IMG/VR virus record: IMGVR_UViG_3300011725_000001 | Span: 1-64,000 of that record | Length of the DNA stretch: 64,000 bases | DNA from: an uncultured virus (IMG/VR IMGVR_UViG_3300011725_000001) | Lineage: Duplodnaviria > Heunggongvirae > Uroviricota > Caudoviricetes | Strand: one strand, 5' to 3' | Shown here: one piece after another, positions 48,244 to 58,600 of the stretch | Layout of the letters: the number at the start of each line of letters is the position of its first letter | Numbering within the stretch: the stretch's first letter is position 1 | The notes under the pieces: model-generated | Database searches by the model: none | What the model was told of the DNA's origin: nothing | What the model saw: the letters and a program-made list of their open reading frames with translations, nothing else | Translations under genes and position numbers: made by a program

Positions 48244-49248
48244 TTATTTTACTGAATTTATCCATAAAAGCGGGTTACATTCCGTCGCTTTTTGACGCGT
48301 CTGCGGAAGCGAATGTTTTTGCTGCGCGCCAATAGGAAGCGTAGCCGTAACGTTTGATCCGATGGATTCCAGCATGGCGGCGACGATCTGCGCATCTTCC
48401 GGTGTGTCCATCCGGCACAGCGCGGCAGTCTGCTCTTTACTGATAAACAGCGGCAGGCTGGCCAGCGCCTCTTTCATAACTTTACGGCGGGCTTTTGCCA
48501 CGTTGCCGGCGTTCTCAATCATCAGATTGGCGCTGCGCAGCCGATCCTCCAGCTCCAGTCGCTTGCCGTGCTCGATGTGCAGCGCCGATTCCAGCAAAGA
48601 TGCATCCCCCGATTCAAACATTGCTGCCTGGCCGCGCATACTTTCAAAGTGCTGAAAAATGTCCGCTGCCTGATTCTCCGAATACCCTTTTTCCACCAGC
48701 CCTGCGCAAATCATACTTTCACGATCGCTGGCTGATTCCAGCATGGCTGATGGATGCTCCAGGCTGATGTAATTGGGAACGGTCACATAGTCGAACCCGT
48801 GAAAGCTGGTGACTTTTGACACGGCGTTATCGTCGCCGCCGGTCGCCCATGACCAGCCGCCGGCGCGTGAACGGCTCATGCCGTCTACGATGTTGCCGGG
48901 TTCAGTATCAAGAATTTCCTGAACATGGGTGACCACGCCGTTATCGTCCAGGCTTACCTCAAGCGTCCGGTTAGAAGGCACGTTTTCAATCGTCACCGGC
49001 TTGCCGTCCACCATGACCACAGCAAATTCCGGCAGGTTCAGACGTCCGGTTTTCGCATAGTAGGCGGCGCGTCGCCCGTGGCCGTAGTAGCCGAACATTT
49101 CCCCCAGCTGAATACGTTCCTGCGTTTCCGGGCTGCTGAACGTTTCCCGGACCGAGCGCAGCAGGTAATTGCGATCATTTTGCGGCGTGAAACGACGAAT
49201 TTTATCAATGAGTGAAAAACGATCCGTTACCGTGCGGAGTGCTTTCAT
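48244..49248 (-). CDS. pro: Prohead protease
   Basis: GYYGHGRR, GGWSW and FHGFDYVTVPNY (H/S/D protease pattern); RBS gagga before ATG 49248. Confidence 0.88.
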   Translation of the reverse strand: MKALRTVTDRFSLIDKIRRFTPQNDRNYLLRSVRETFSSPETQERIQLGEMFGYYGHGRRAAYYAKTGRLNLPEFAVVMVDGKPVTIENVPSNRTLEVSLDDNGVVTHVQEILDTEPGNIVDGMSRSRAGGWSWATGGDDNAVSKVTSFHGFDYVTVPNYISLEHPSAMLESASDRESMICAGLVEKGYSENQAADIFQHFESMRGQAAMFESGDASLLESALHIEHGKRLELEDRLRSANLMIENAGNVAKARRKVMKEALASLPLFISKEQTAALCRMDTPEDAQIVAAMLESIGSNVTATLPIGAQQKHSLPQTRQKATECNPLLWINSVK

Positions 49249-49317
49249 GTTGTCCTCATAACTACAGGTGATGCCCCGCAAAGCGGCGGCAGCGCTGGCG
49301 GTTGCCTGCGCGGACTG

Positions 49318-49340
49318 ATGGTAGGAAGGTTGTAATTTGC
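49318..49340 (-). promoter_or_regulatory. Putative late promoter (pro)
   Basis: GCAAATTACAACC-N4-TACCAT on the minus strand. Confidence 0.72.
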
Positions 49341-49542
49341 GTGGGTAACTTTTCTTGATTCATGCGTGGATCTAATGACCAGTGGATAATTTCACATTAG
49401 ACATATTGAATTTATCAGCGCGGCGGATATAGTGTGCGCGCCGCTGCAAAACAGTGGCCGGGATTGGAACCCTGAAAAAGCATGAGAGCTGGCACACAGT
49501 GCCTTCGGCGCTACCACGTCCGGAAAATTCCGGGCGTATCTA

Positions 49543-49620
49543 TGGTGGCGTTGGCGGGGCTACCTTCGGGTAGGCCGGTTTTCTTGTGCACCGGTAGTTC
49601 CAACCCTGTCAACGTCACCA
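49543..49620 (+). ncRNA. c4: C4 antisense RNA (P1 c4/P4 CI type)
   Basis: Outer stem TGGTGGCGTTGGCGGGG/CCCTGTCAACGTCACCA, inner hairpins CTACC-TTCG-GGTAG and CCGGT-TTTCTTGTGC-ACCGG, bulge GTTCCAA, with complementary targets on both sides. Confidence 0.88.
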
Positions 49621-49674
49621 CCCGGAGATTGGAACCTCCTGTCGTGACGCTTCTCAAAGCACAGGGAGCACACC

Positions 49675-49932
49675 ATGTCTGATATCCCTCACGCGCCACC
49701 CCCTGCGGCGTATCTGTACTGCCAGGCTATTTCAATTATCTGCGAGAACGCTGGTGTTATTTGCCGCCGCGCACTGTGGGGCAACACTCCCCGTCACGTA
49801 TCTTTCCAGGCTGACGCGCAGGATCTGCTGAGTCTCATCTTCATGAACGAGTCCGGCAGGCTGTCTGTTTACGTTCCGTCGCCTGCAGATCTGACTTCCG
49901 AGGACTGGCAGATTATCCGGGTTACAGAGTGA
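49675..49932 (+). CDS. DUF2829/Tad2-like small protein
   Basis: YCQAI...GVICRRALWG...YVPSPADLTSEDWQII fits the F.eA....G..v.R.gW / w.psq.D.laeDW family pattern, by eye. Confidence 0.65.
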   Translation: MSDIPHAPPPAAYLYCQAISIICENAGVICRRALWGNTPRHVSFQADAQDLLSLIFMNESGRLSVYVPSPADLTSEDWQIIRVTE

Positions 49933-50471
49933 CAGCTGGAGTCAGAAGTTTATCTAATCAGATGGTCTGACCACACAACGGCTTTGCTTACAGATTGTTG
50001 CCAGAGTGGATTATCATCTTTGTATGGAAAAAGTGAAGCGGCAAATATTCTGCTCATAAGCCTGCGTTTAAGTCAGAAATACTGAGGGAGTGAGCCCGTG
50101 GCGCGAGAGGGTAAATAAAGCACTCAGAAAGCGTCTGGTTTTTTTCAGCGGGGGTTTTCCTAATACTTCCGGTTACTACTGCGCGATAATGGTAACCGAA
50201 GCGCGAAAAATCATACGCTTACAGATTGTGTACCATTAAAAGAGACATTTTGATCCCCCTCTTTAAGGGCTGGACATTAATTTAGACCTGAAAAAGTGCT
50301 TCTTTAAATTAAATTAATGATGATACTTTTAGTTAACGCAAATTAGTTAATGTGTTGACGAAGTTAAATAAAAATCACGTAGCTTTTGCGGAAACTTTTC
50401 ACGCGTAAATTTACGCTGAAAAGTTTCATGTTCAACATGGAAGTTTTATGCACGCAGCAAGAGGATGAAGC

Positions 50472-50780
50472 ATGTACAAGGCTATGAAGTTTTATGTCAG
50501 CGACCATTTCCCGTCCGGGTTGCTCCTGCACCGCGCAGACTGCCCGCAGCTGCCGACCATTGAGGAGCGCACCTTTATCGGCAGCTGCTATACGCTGAAT
50601 CAGGCGCTGACCGTAGCCGGAATACACTTTTCGGGTGTTAAGGTTTGTCCGTTCTGTATTACCAGGCCGGACGAACAAGAAGGGCAGAATGAATACCTGG
50701 TACTTAATACCCCGAAAAAACCTAAAAAACCTGCCGAAAAAAAGATATTCAGACCGGTAAAGCATCTGGATAACAATTAA
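50472..50780 (+). CDS. Hypothetical small Zn-binding protein
   Basis: LHRADC...CPFC (H-C-C-C), RBS gagga. Confidence 0.65.
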   Translation: MYKAMKFYVSDHFPSGLLLHRADCPQLPTIEERTFIGSCYTLNQALTVAGIHFSGVKVCPFCITRPDEQEGQNEYLVLNTPKKPKKPAEKKIFRPVKHLDNN

Positions 50781-50914
50781 AGGTAGGGCAAGTAATCATC
50801 CCGGAGCGCAGATATATTTTCCTTCAGTTTTTATATCTGCTTTCGATGACGGATTTCATCAAGCCGCACACTCCCCTGTGAATTTGTGTGCGGCCTTTTT
50901 ATTTTTTCCGGAAA

Positions 50915-52624
50915 TTAACTTTCCGGCCTGACAACGTACCGGGCAAATGCCACCAGCTCCTCATGCGTCCAGCTGGCCGGATCGTCGCCGTCGGGTGCGG
51001 ACTCGTTCATCATGCTGCCGTTCTCTTCCTCCTGCGCATCGGCTTTGTCCCGGCTTTTGCTGAACTCCGCCAGCATTTTATCCAGAGTGCCGCCGTCCAT
51101 CTTCAGCTGATCGCTAAACAGGTAGCGCATGAACGTGTCATTCTCCGCCAGCTTGTTGTTAGCCTGCATCGCGTCCATAACCTGCACCATGAGCGTAATG
51201 AAGTTGGCGCGCGCGTCCATTTCGCGGCTTTCTTCTTCCTGAATCGCCGTGTTCATGGAGTTAAACTGTACAACGTAGGGCCGATCATTCACCGGGTAAA
51301 CCTTGCCGTATTTGAACGCCAGGTGAATATCTATGAGCCGGTAAATCATCTCCTGCGCACCCTGGCGCAGCCACTGCGCCCGCAGCGCCGCCTGTATGGC
51401 CGTCTGAATCCAGCCGCCTTCCCCCAGCCCGCCGGCCATCTGATCCGCCCAGCCCAGCATCGTTGAATCAATTCCGAGCGCGGCGCACAGCTGGCGCAGG
51501 TGAAACATCACGTCCTCGATGCCGGTAATGTCCGCGGGTATCGACTGCGTATCAATCGTGATCCCGTTTTTACCATCGCCCATAACCGGGATTACATGGT
51601 TCATCACGGTTGGCATGGTGTTCCCGTTCACCGCCTTTTTCTGCAGCGCCTCGCCGTGGCGTTTAAGCGTCTGCGATACGGTTCTGGTGTAGTTGGCACC
51701 CACAACCGGATCGAGTGAGTTGGTGGTCAGCGCAATCAGGCGGTCGATTTTGGCAGCATTGTAGCGCGTGGCTTTCAGCGCATTCAGTGCGCCCGTCAGG
51801 TTGAGGAACGGCTCATAAGCGTGCGCGAGGAAGCTGGTACCGTAGTTCTGCGTCTCCGCAACTTCCTTATCCTCCTCTTCACTCAGCAGCGAATAGCCCC
51901 GGTTGCCGGACGTTATGGGCTGCACGTTACGCGTGGGCGTCCAGTACGGGTTTTTCATGGGTACCAGAGACCAGGGCGAGGAAAGCGTGCGGGTATGCGT
52001 ATCGGGTGACAGCACGTAATCCCCGCCGAAGCCCACCAGCTGATCGCCCTTATAAAATTCCTGCACAAAGTAGGGCAGCGAGTAATAGCTGTTTTCCAGG
52101 CTGGTGATCCCCCTGCCAGTCCGGGCATAGGGACGCACATAAGCGACGCCAAAAATCGCCATGGTCATAGCCAGTGACGGCAGGTGTCTGTTAATCATCG
52201 CGCCCAAATCATCCTGCAGCTCTTTTGCCCGCGTCACACCTTCTTTGTCTGACGGGTCCACCGGAGCAATGCAGAACGCCAGCCCGGTTTTTTTGTCCGG
52301 TGCGAGCGCGTGGCCAATGTGGATATTCAGCGCGGCGGAGCAGGTCGGGCTGTTGGCCATTTCCTCAAGAATGGCGTAACGCTGCAGCCGGTCCAGCGGC
52401 AGCTCTGCGCCGAGGTAGAGGCTGTCGCCGGCCGTGGTCATTTCACCTGCCTTACCTTCCTGATACGCCAGTGCTGCCAGCCCGGAACGGGACACCACGA
52501 CGTTTTGTCCGTTACTCCACGGCAAACTTTCAGGCGCGTCAGCATCTGCGCCCCTGAATGCCTGCCTGAGCGCGCTCAATACGGAAAGCGTTTTATTTTT
52601 CTTTGCCAAAATATACCTCTGCAA
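50915..52624 (-). CDS. prt: Portal protein
   Basis: 569 aa, LPLDRLQRY, YGTSFL, ITGIEDVMFHL; divergent from darB as in P1. Confidence 0.9.
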   Translation of the reverse strand: MQRYILAKKNKTLSVLSALRQAFRGADADAPESLPWSNGQNVVVSRSGLAALAYQEGKAGEMTTAGDSLYLGAELPLDRLQRYAILEEMANSPTCSAALNIHIGHALAPDKKTGLAFCIAPVDPSDKEGVTRAKELQDDLGAMINRHLPSLAMTMAIFGVAYVRPYARTGRGITSLENSYYSLPYFVQEFYKGDQLVGFGGDYVLSPDTHTRTLSSPWSLVPMKNPYWTPTRNVQPITSGNRGYSLLSEEEDKEVAETQNYGTSFLAHAYEPFLNLTGALNALKATRYNAAKIDRLIALTTNSLDPVVGANYTRTVSQTLKRHGEALQKKAVNGNTMPTVMNHVIPVMGDGKNGITIDTQSIPADITGIEDVMFHLRQLCAALGIDSTMLGWADQMAGGLGEGGWIQTAIQAALRAQWLRQGAQEMIYRLIDIHLAFKYGKVYPVNDRPYVVQFNSMNTAIQEEESREMDARANFITLMVQVMDAMQANNKLAENDTFMRYLFSDQLKMDGGTLDKMLAEFSKSRDKADAQEEENGSMMNESAPDGDDPASWTHEELVAFARYVVRPES

Positions 52625-52684
52625 AACATTAACAATTTAGAATGTGAATTGTATTAGCTTTATGCAATCTGTAGATAAGGATGA

Positions 52685-55600
52685 TTGGTGGAAAACTCAG
52701 CAAATAAGGCCATACAGGAAGCGGGGACGGTCGAAGATCTGATCAGCCTGGTGATGCGTCTGCACAAACAGCGAACCGTTGTGGCGTTTGGCGTGACAAA
52801 ACGGGAAGGGGTAAGCCTTCAGCGCGGGCGCCGCACCGCAAATGATAACGCAGTGAGTCTGCTTAACTCGCTGCCGGCGGGTTTTGACGGGAACAAACTC
52901 ACTGATGAACAGCGCCGGATTCTGGCTGGGTACAGCGGCGAGGGTGGTCTGGAGGGCGGCGGCGGCAGTCAGTACGAATATTACACGCCGCCGTTTATGG
53001 CGGAGGGAATATGGGATCTGTTTGCGGACTACGGCATTACCGGCGGTCATATGCTGGAGCCGTCCGCCGGCACGGGCGTATTTCAGGAAACCAAGCCCGC
53101 CGGCGCAATGATGACGTCCGCGGAGATCTCCGACACGTCAGGACGTATTAACCAGCTGCTGCACCCGGAAGATGACGTGCGCATGGGCGCGTTTGAGAAG
53201 CTGGCCGCGTCGGTACCGGACAATAGCTATGACCACGCCGTCGGCAACGTGCCGTTTGGCGACTCGCGCACGGGCTTTGCCGAGCTCGATCCGGCCTATC
53301 GGGATGAAACCAACGTCGGGCATTACTTCGTGATGCGCACCATCGACAAGGTGAAATACGGCGGGCTGGTGGTGCTGGTGGTGCCAAACGGCATGACCGA
53401 CGGCGGCGGCGCTAACAAAAAGCTGCGCGATCGCGTTTCCCGCGTGGCGGAGTTCCTGGGCGCACACCGCATGCCGTCCGGCACGTTTGCCGAGAGCGGT
53501 ACCGCAACGGTGGTGGATGTGTGGGTGCTGCGAAAGCACACCGAGGCGCTGACGCAGCTGGTGCATGACAGCGATGAACAGTCACTTGAGGCGGCAAGCG
53601 TATTGTGGCCAACGTTTATCCGGGGCAAGTGGTTTGAAACCGAGGGGCGGCGCTTCGTTCACGGCGAAACCGAGCGGTCTGACTTCAATAACATCCTGGT
53701 GGTCAAAAAAGATGGCCAGCTGACCAACGCGGCGATGAAAGCCGCGCTGTCGCGTCGCTTTGACAGCCGCATCGACTGGGATCGGCTGGGTACGCCTGCT
53801 GCCGTCTGGCAGTCGCCGGTAGAGGGTGATAAGCGGCTTATGGCCGGCGTCTGGCACACCTACGACGGCACGCGGTTTATTAAGGATTCCACCACGGCAT
53901 CAAGCGGGATCGACGCGAAGCAGTTCGGTGCCGCCACGTTTGGCGAACTGCAGACGAAAACGCGCACGATTAACGGCATGCTTTCGCTGGACAGCCGCGC
54001 CCTGTACGCGGCCAGCGTGGAATATCCGCAGCTGTTTGACGATCGCATTCACGCGGCCATTCGCTTTGCGATGCAGCAGAAGCCGGGTCACCGCTGGCGC
54101 GTTATGCGCGCATCCATCATCGGCCTGCGCATCAACGACGCGCTCGATACACAGATGCTGGGTGGCGACGCCAGCGGCATTATCGCTGACGCCGCGCGCC
54201 TGGTGAGTGAGGAAGTCGGGCAGTACGGCACGCCGAAAGGCCTGAAGCTGGCCGGTCTCTCTGATACGAGCGCTAAAGGCTGGCTGAGTTTTCAGGCCAA
54301 CGTCAGCCGCGAAGGGGATTTGTCCGCGCTGCTGAACGGAACCATTGACCGCAGCGAGGCGGTGGCGGTGGACTTTGCCAGCCCGGAGCAGGTGGTATCG
54401 CACCTTTTCAGCGACGTGGATCTGGTACCGGTGGCGCTGGCCGCTTTCCGCGCCGCGTTTAAAGGCGAACTGCCGGAAGATGACGAGGCGCTACTGGCGC
54501 ACCTGGCGACCTTCCCGGAGATTGCGCTCGACGGCAACGGCAACATCATGCCGCTGGCGCGCGCCACAACCGGCAACGTGCGCGGCAAGGTGTCCCGTCT
54601 GGCGGCGCTGATTAACGACGCGCCGGACGGGCCGGTTAAGGCTAACTACGTCCGCCAGCTGGAAACGATCAACGAGAAGCGCAACCACACGCCGATTGAA
54701 GATATTACGGTCAACCTTAACGCCCGCTGGCTGGATCGCCGGCTGATTAAAGAGTTCCTGATTGACCAGGGTTTTGACGACTTTAAGTACACGCAGGATC
54801 TGGAAAACGAAAACGGCTACCTGACCGCGGAGGATAATTACGCGGGTAAAGACGGCGTATTTTCCGGCTACCAGGTGCGCTCCGTCACTGGTAAAGGTGG
54901 TGTGACTGAATTTAAGCGCGCCAGCTACAAAGACGGCTTCTACAACCAGCTCGAAAACTACCTGAACGGCGTGAAGCCGCGCGGCGTGAACGCTAACGTC
55001 TACCTGAAGCGCATCAGCGGCCTGGAGGCGCAGTTTAACCACTGGCTGCGCACGCATCCGGACGTTGAATCGGTTGTCAGCGACTACAACGACGCGTTTA
55101 ACGGCTACGTGCCGTTTGAGCATTCATCCTCGTCCCTGCAGCTGCAGCAGATCAGCGGCAAGCGCATACCGCTGAGCTACCAGAACGCCGAAGTGCGCCG
55201 CCTGTCGGAAGATGGCCGGGGCATTATGGGATTCGGTACCGGGCTGGGTAAAACCACAACCGCGCTGGCGCTGGAGGCCTATAACTACGAGGTGGGCCGC
55301 AGCAAGCGTACCGTGTACGTCGTGCCTAAAGCCGTGCTGCAGAACTGGTATCACGAAGCCCACGGTTTCTACAGCGCAGAGGCGTTTGAGAAAATCCTGT
55401 TTGTTGGCCTGGACGAAGTGCGCGGCGATGACGGCCAGATCATGCAGGCGCCGGAGCGCGACGAAAACAACGAGCCGAAGCTGGATAAAGATGGCCAGCC
55501 GGTCATGCGCAACGTGGTAAAAGAGTCCGCTGCCGCAACCGTGCTTGAACGCATGAACATGATCCCGGTCTCCAACTACCGCGCCGTGGTGATGACCAAA

Positions 55601-58600
55601 GAGCAGTTTGGCGATATCCCGATGCGCCCGGAGACGATTGAAGAAAACTCCAGCCAGGCAGTCTTTAACCAGATTGAGAATGGCCGCACGGATCTGATGA
55701 AGTCCACGCACCGCGCCGCCACGTCCCGCAACAAACTCCGCGATAAAGCCGCCGATACCGGCACGAAGAAAAAGAGCCAGATCCCCTACTTTGAGGACAT
55801 GCACTTTGACAGCGTGATCGCAGACGAAGGCCATAACTACCGCAACTCGCACAGCGCCGGCCGTGAAGCTGGCCAGCTGGCTTACCTGCCGAATCCGTCC
55901 GTCTCCAAAACAGCCCGTGATATGGCCGTAAAAAGCCAGTACATGATGAAAAAGTACAACGGGCGCGGGGTGGTGATGCTGACCGCAACGCCGCTGGTTA
56001 ACTCTCCGATCGACGCATTCAACATGCTCTCCCACGTCGTGTCGCTGGAAGAGTGGAAGGCGATGGGGATTCTGACGCCGGATGACTTTGTGCGGGTATT
56101 CGGGGAAACCGACACCGTAACCGTGCAGAAAATTTCCGGCGAGCTGGAGGATAAGCAGGGGCTGGTGGGCTTTAAAAACCTTGATGGCCTGCGCGGCATT
56201 TTCCACCGCTGGACGACGCTTAAATCTGCTGCTGACGTGAAAGACAGCGTGAAAATCCCCGGTCTGGACGAGAAAACCGTGGGCGTGCCGATGACGCGCG
56301 ATCAGCAGGTGCTCTATGAGGAGCTGCGCCTGCGTGCCAGCCGCATCGGGCAGAAAGAGAGCGTGCAGGATAACGGCGACGGCACCGTGTCCATCGTGCA
56401 GAACGATGATGACTTCATTTTCTCCGTGATCCGCGACATGGATAAGGTGGTGATTGACCCGGATCTGTACCGCTCCGCTATCACGTTCCGCTTCCGCGAA
56501 GAGGATTTTGAAAAGGTGAAGCAGGTTGCACGCGCGCTTCCGGGCGAAGCGGGCGGCGTGCAGCTGGCGGGCGACGAAGAAGAAGTGGCGGAGGACGCAG
56601 AGAGCGGCCTGACCGACACGCGCACCAGCAAGGTTGTCAAAACCACGCTGAAGAACCGCGGGGGCGTCGTGGAGCTGGTGGTAAGCGACACGCTGGAGCA
56701 GCAGGTGCTGGACGCGATCGCTGCCGCCGGCATTGATATGCAGCACGTCTCGCACCCGGTCCCGCCGAAGTACGCCGCGCTGATAGAAAACCTCAAAGCT
56801 GGCCTGCCGGACGGTAAGCAGATCATCTTCATGGATGAAAAGACGCAGCACAACAAACTGCGCCGTATCATCGCAAGCGCCCTGGGCCTGCAGGAGCAGC
56901 AGATAGGCATCATCAACGCCACAACGGTAGCGAAAGCATCCGGCGTGAAGGTGAAGCCCGTGAAGAAGCCCGCAGAGCCGGTGGAGAAAGCGGACGGCAG
57001 CTTTAAGGAGGGCGCGTGGGATAAGTACTATCAGGAGCTGGCACGCTATGAGGACTATCAGGCCGCGCTGAATGACGCCTCGCTTGCCGGGATGGAGGGG
57101 ATCGCCGCCGACTACAACGAAGGCCGCACGCCGATCATCATCTGCAACAAAAAGGCCGAGGTGGGGATCAACCTGCACAAAGGCACGGCTGATACACACC
57201 ATCTTACGCTGCCCTGGACGCCGGCCAGTATTGACCAGCGCAACGGGCGCGGCGCCCGCGTGGGCTCGGAGCGCGACAGCATGCGCGTGCATTACTACTG
57301 CGGCAAGGGTTCGTTTGACGAGTTCCGCCTGGAGACGCTGCAGCGCAAGAAAAACTGGATCAACGACGTCATGAAGTCTGACGTGTCCAGCATGAAAAAC
57401 GGCGATGTGGAATCCAAAGAGGAGCAGAGCCTGCTGCTGGCCGCAAATCCGGAAGAACGCCGCGCGCGCGTGGACGCACAGCTGAAGGCTAAACGCGAAG
57501 CGGAGCGCCAGCAGGCTGAGCGCGAAGCCGCCGCCGCGCTGGATATCTACCTGAAAGCGAGCGTTGCCGCCGCCACGCCGACAGAGGTACTGGAAGCGAA
57601 TATCGCTGACCTGTCAGCCACCTTTGATGAAATCAACGGCAGCATTGACGGGCTGCGTGCAGACGTCACAGACGCCGAAACGGCCTATAACATTGAGTTC
57701 GAAAGAGACGGCAAACGGTCTGCGGACAACTGGCGCGGGCAGGATCGCCGTAACGCGCGTGCCGCGCTCAAAGAAGGCCTGGCGAAGCAGAAGAAGCTGG
57801 AGCAAGAGCTGAACGGCGCACGCAAGGCGCTGACGCGCTCTAAAAGCGCCGCCAGCACCATTAAGCGCTCACGCGGTGAGGTTGAGCGTGCCATTCTGTC
57901 CGGCGCGCTGGAAGTCGATCCTGACGTGCTGCGCGCGCCAGAGCAGTACATGAAGCTGGCCGGCGGGCAGCTGGTGCGCATCGGGGCGTGCTATGAAATC
58001 TGGATGGATGACGATAAGCAGGAAAAGGGCGTATTCCAGATCCGCAAATTCTTCCCGGAAAAAGGCACGGTTGAGGTTGAGCTGATCCGCAAGCCGCTTC
58101 GCTGTTATACCAGGCCGGACATTGGCGGATTCGCGGAAATGCCGTCGGATCTGGTTGGCAATCGTGTGGAAATCACGACTGACCAGGCGAAAGCGCTGCA
58201 GAAGGCGGCAAAAGGTATCGATCCGGTCTCGCTGGCCGACACGCTGAGCCGCGCGGACTTCTACGCCGCCATTCGCGCCGGCGTGATGAACGTGAAGGCG
58301 GACGCCTGGATGTACCGCGACGCAGCCGGCGAGCTGAAGCATGAATATATTCACGCGGGCATTACCGTCCGGGACAGCATTAAAGCGGAGGACTGGCTCT
58401 ATCCGGATCACGGCGACGAGCAGCTGAAGCGCGAGCTGTATCAGTACAGCCTGACCAGAAACCTGTATTCAGTGCAGGCCGTATTTAAGGCTGTATTTGG
58501 CGGTAACTACAACACGGCAATGCAGGGCTACGGCGAACAGGCGGGCATGGAGGACGTCGTTAAGGTGTTCAGCCAGCTGGTAGCGGAATTTGAGGCAGGC

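Noticed and set aside
49543..49620. tRNA
   Set aside because: Cloverleaf-like and ends in CCA, but has a long outer stem, no TpsiC arm or anticodon geometry, and flanking complementary targets. This fits C4 RNA.
49482..49682. 66-aa Ash-family ORF as a real protein
   Set aside because: It overlaps C4 entirely, and its familiar motif may just reflect RNA conservation. It is not called, although translation is not excluded.
50391..50427. loxP or telomere-resolution site
   Set aside because: No 8-bp spacer as in loxP, and no recombinase or protelomerase nearby. Kept only as an unexplained palindrome.
55124..57292. 722-aa minus-strand ORF and similar antisense ORFs
   Set aside because: Shadow ORFs of GC-rich genes such as darB, with no motifs or RBS.
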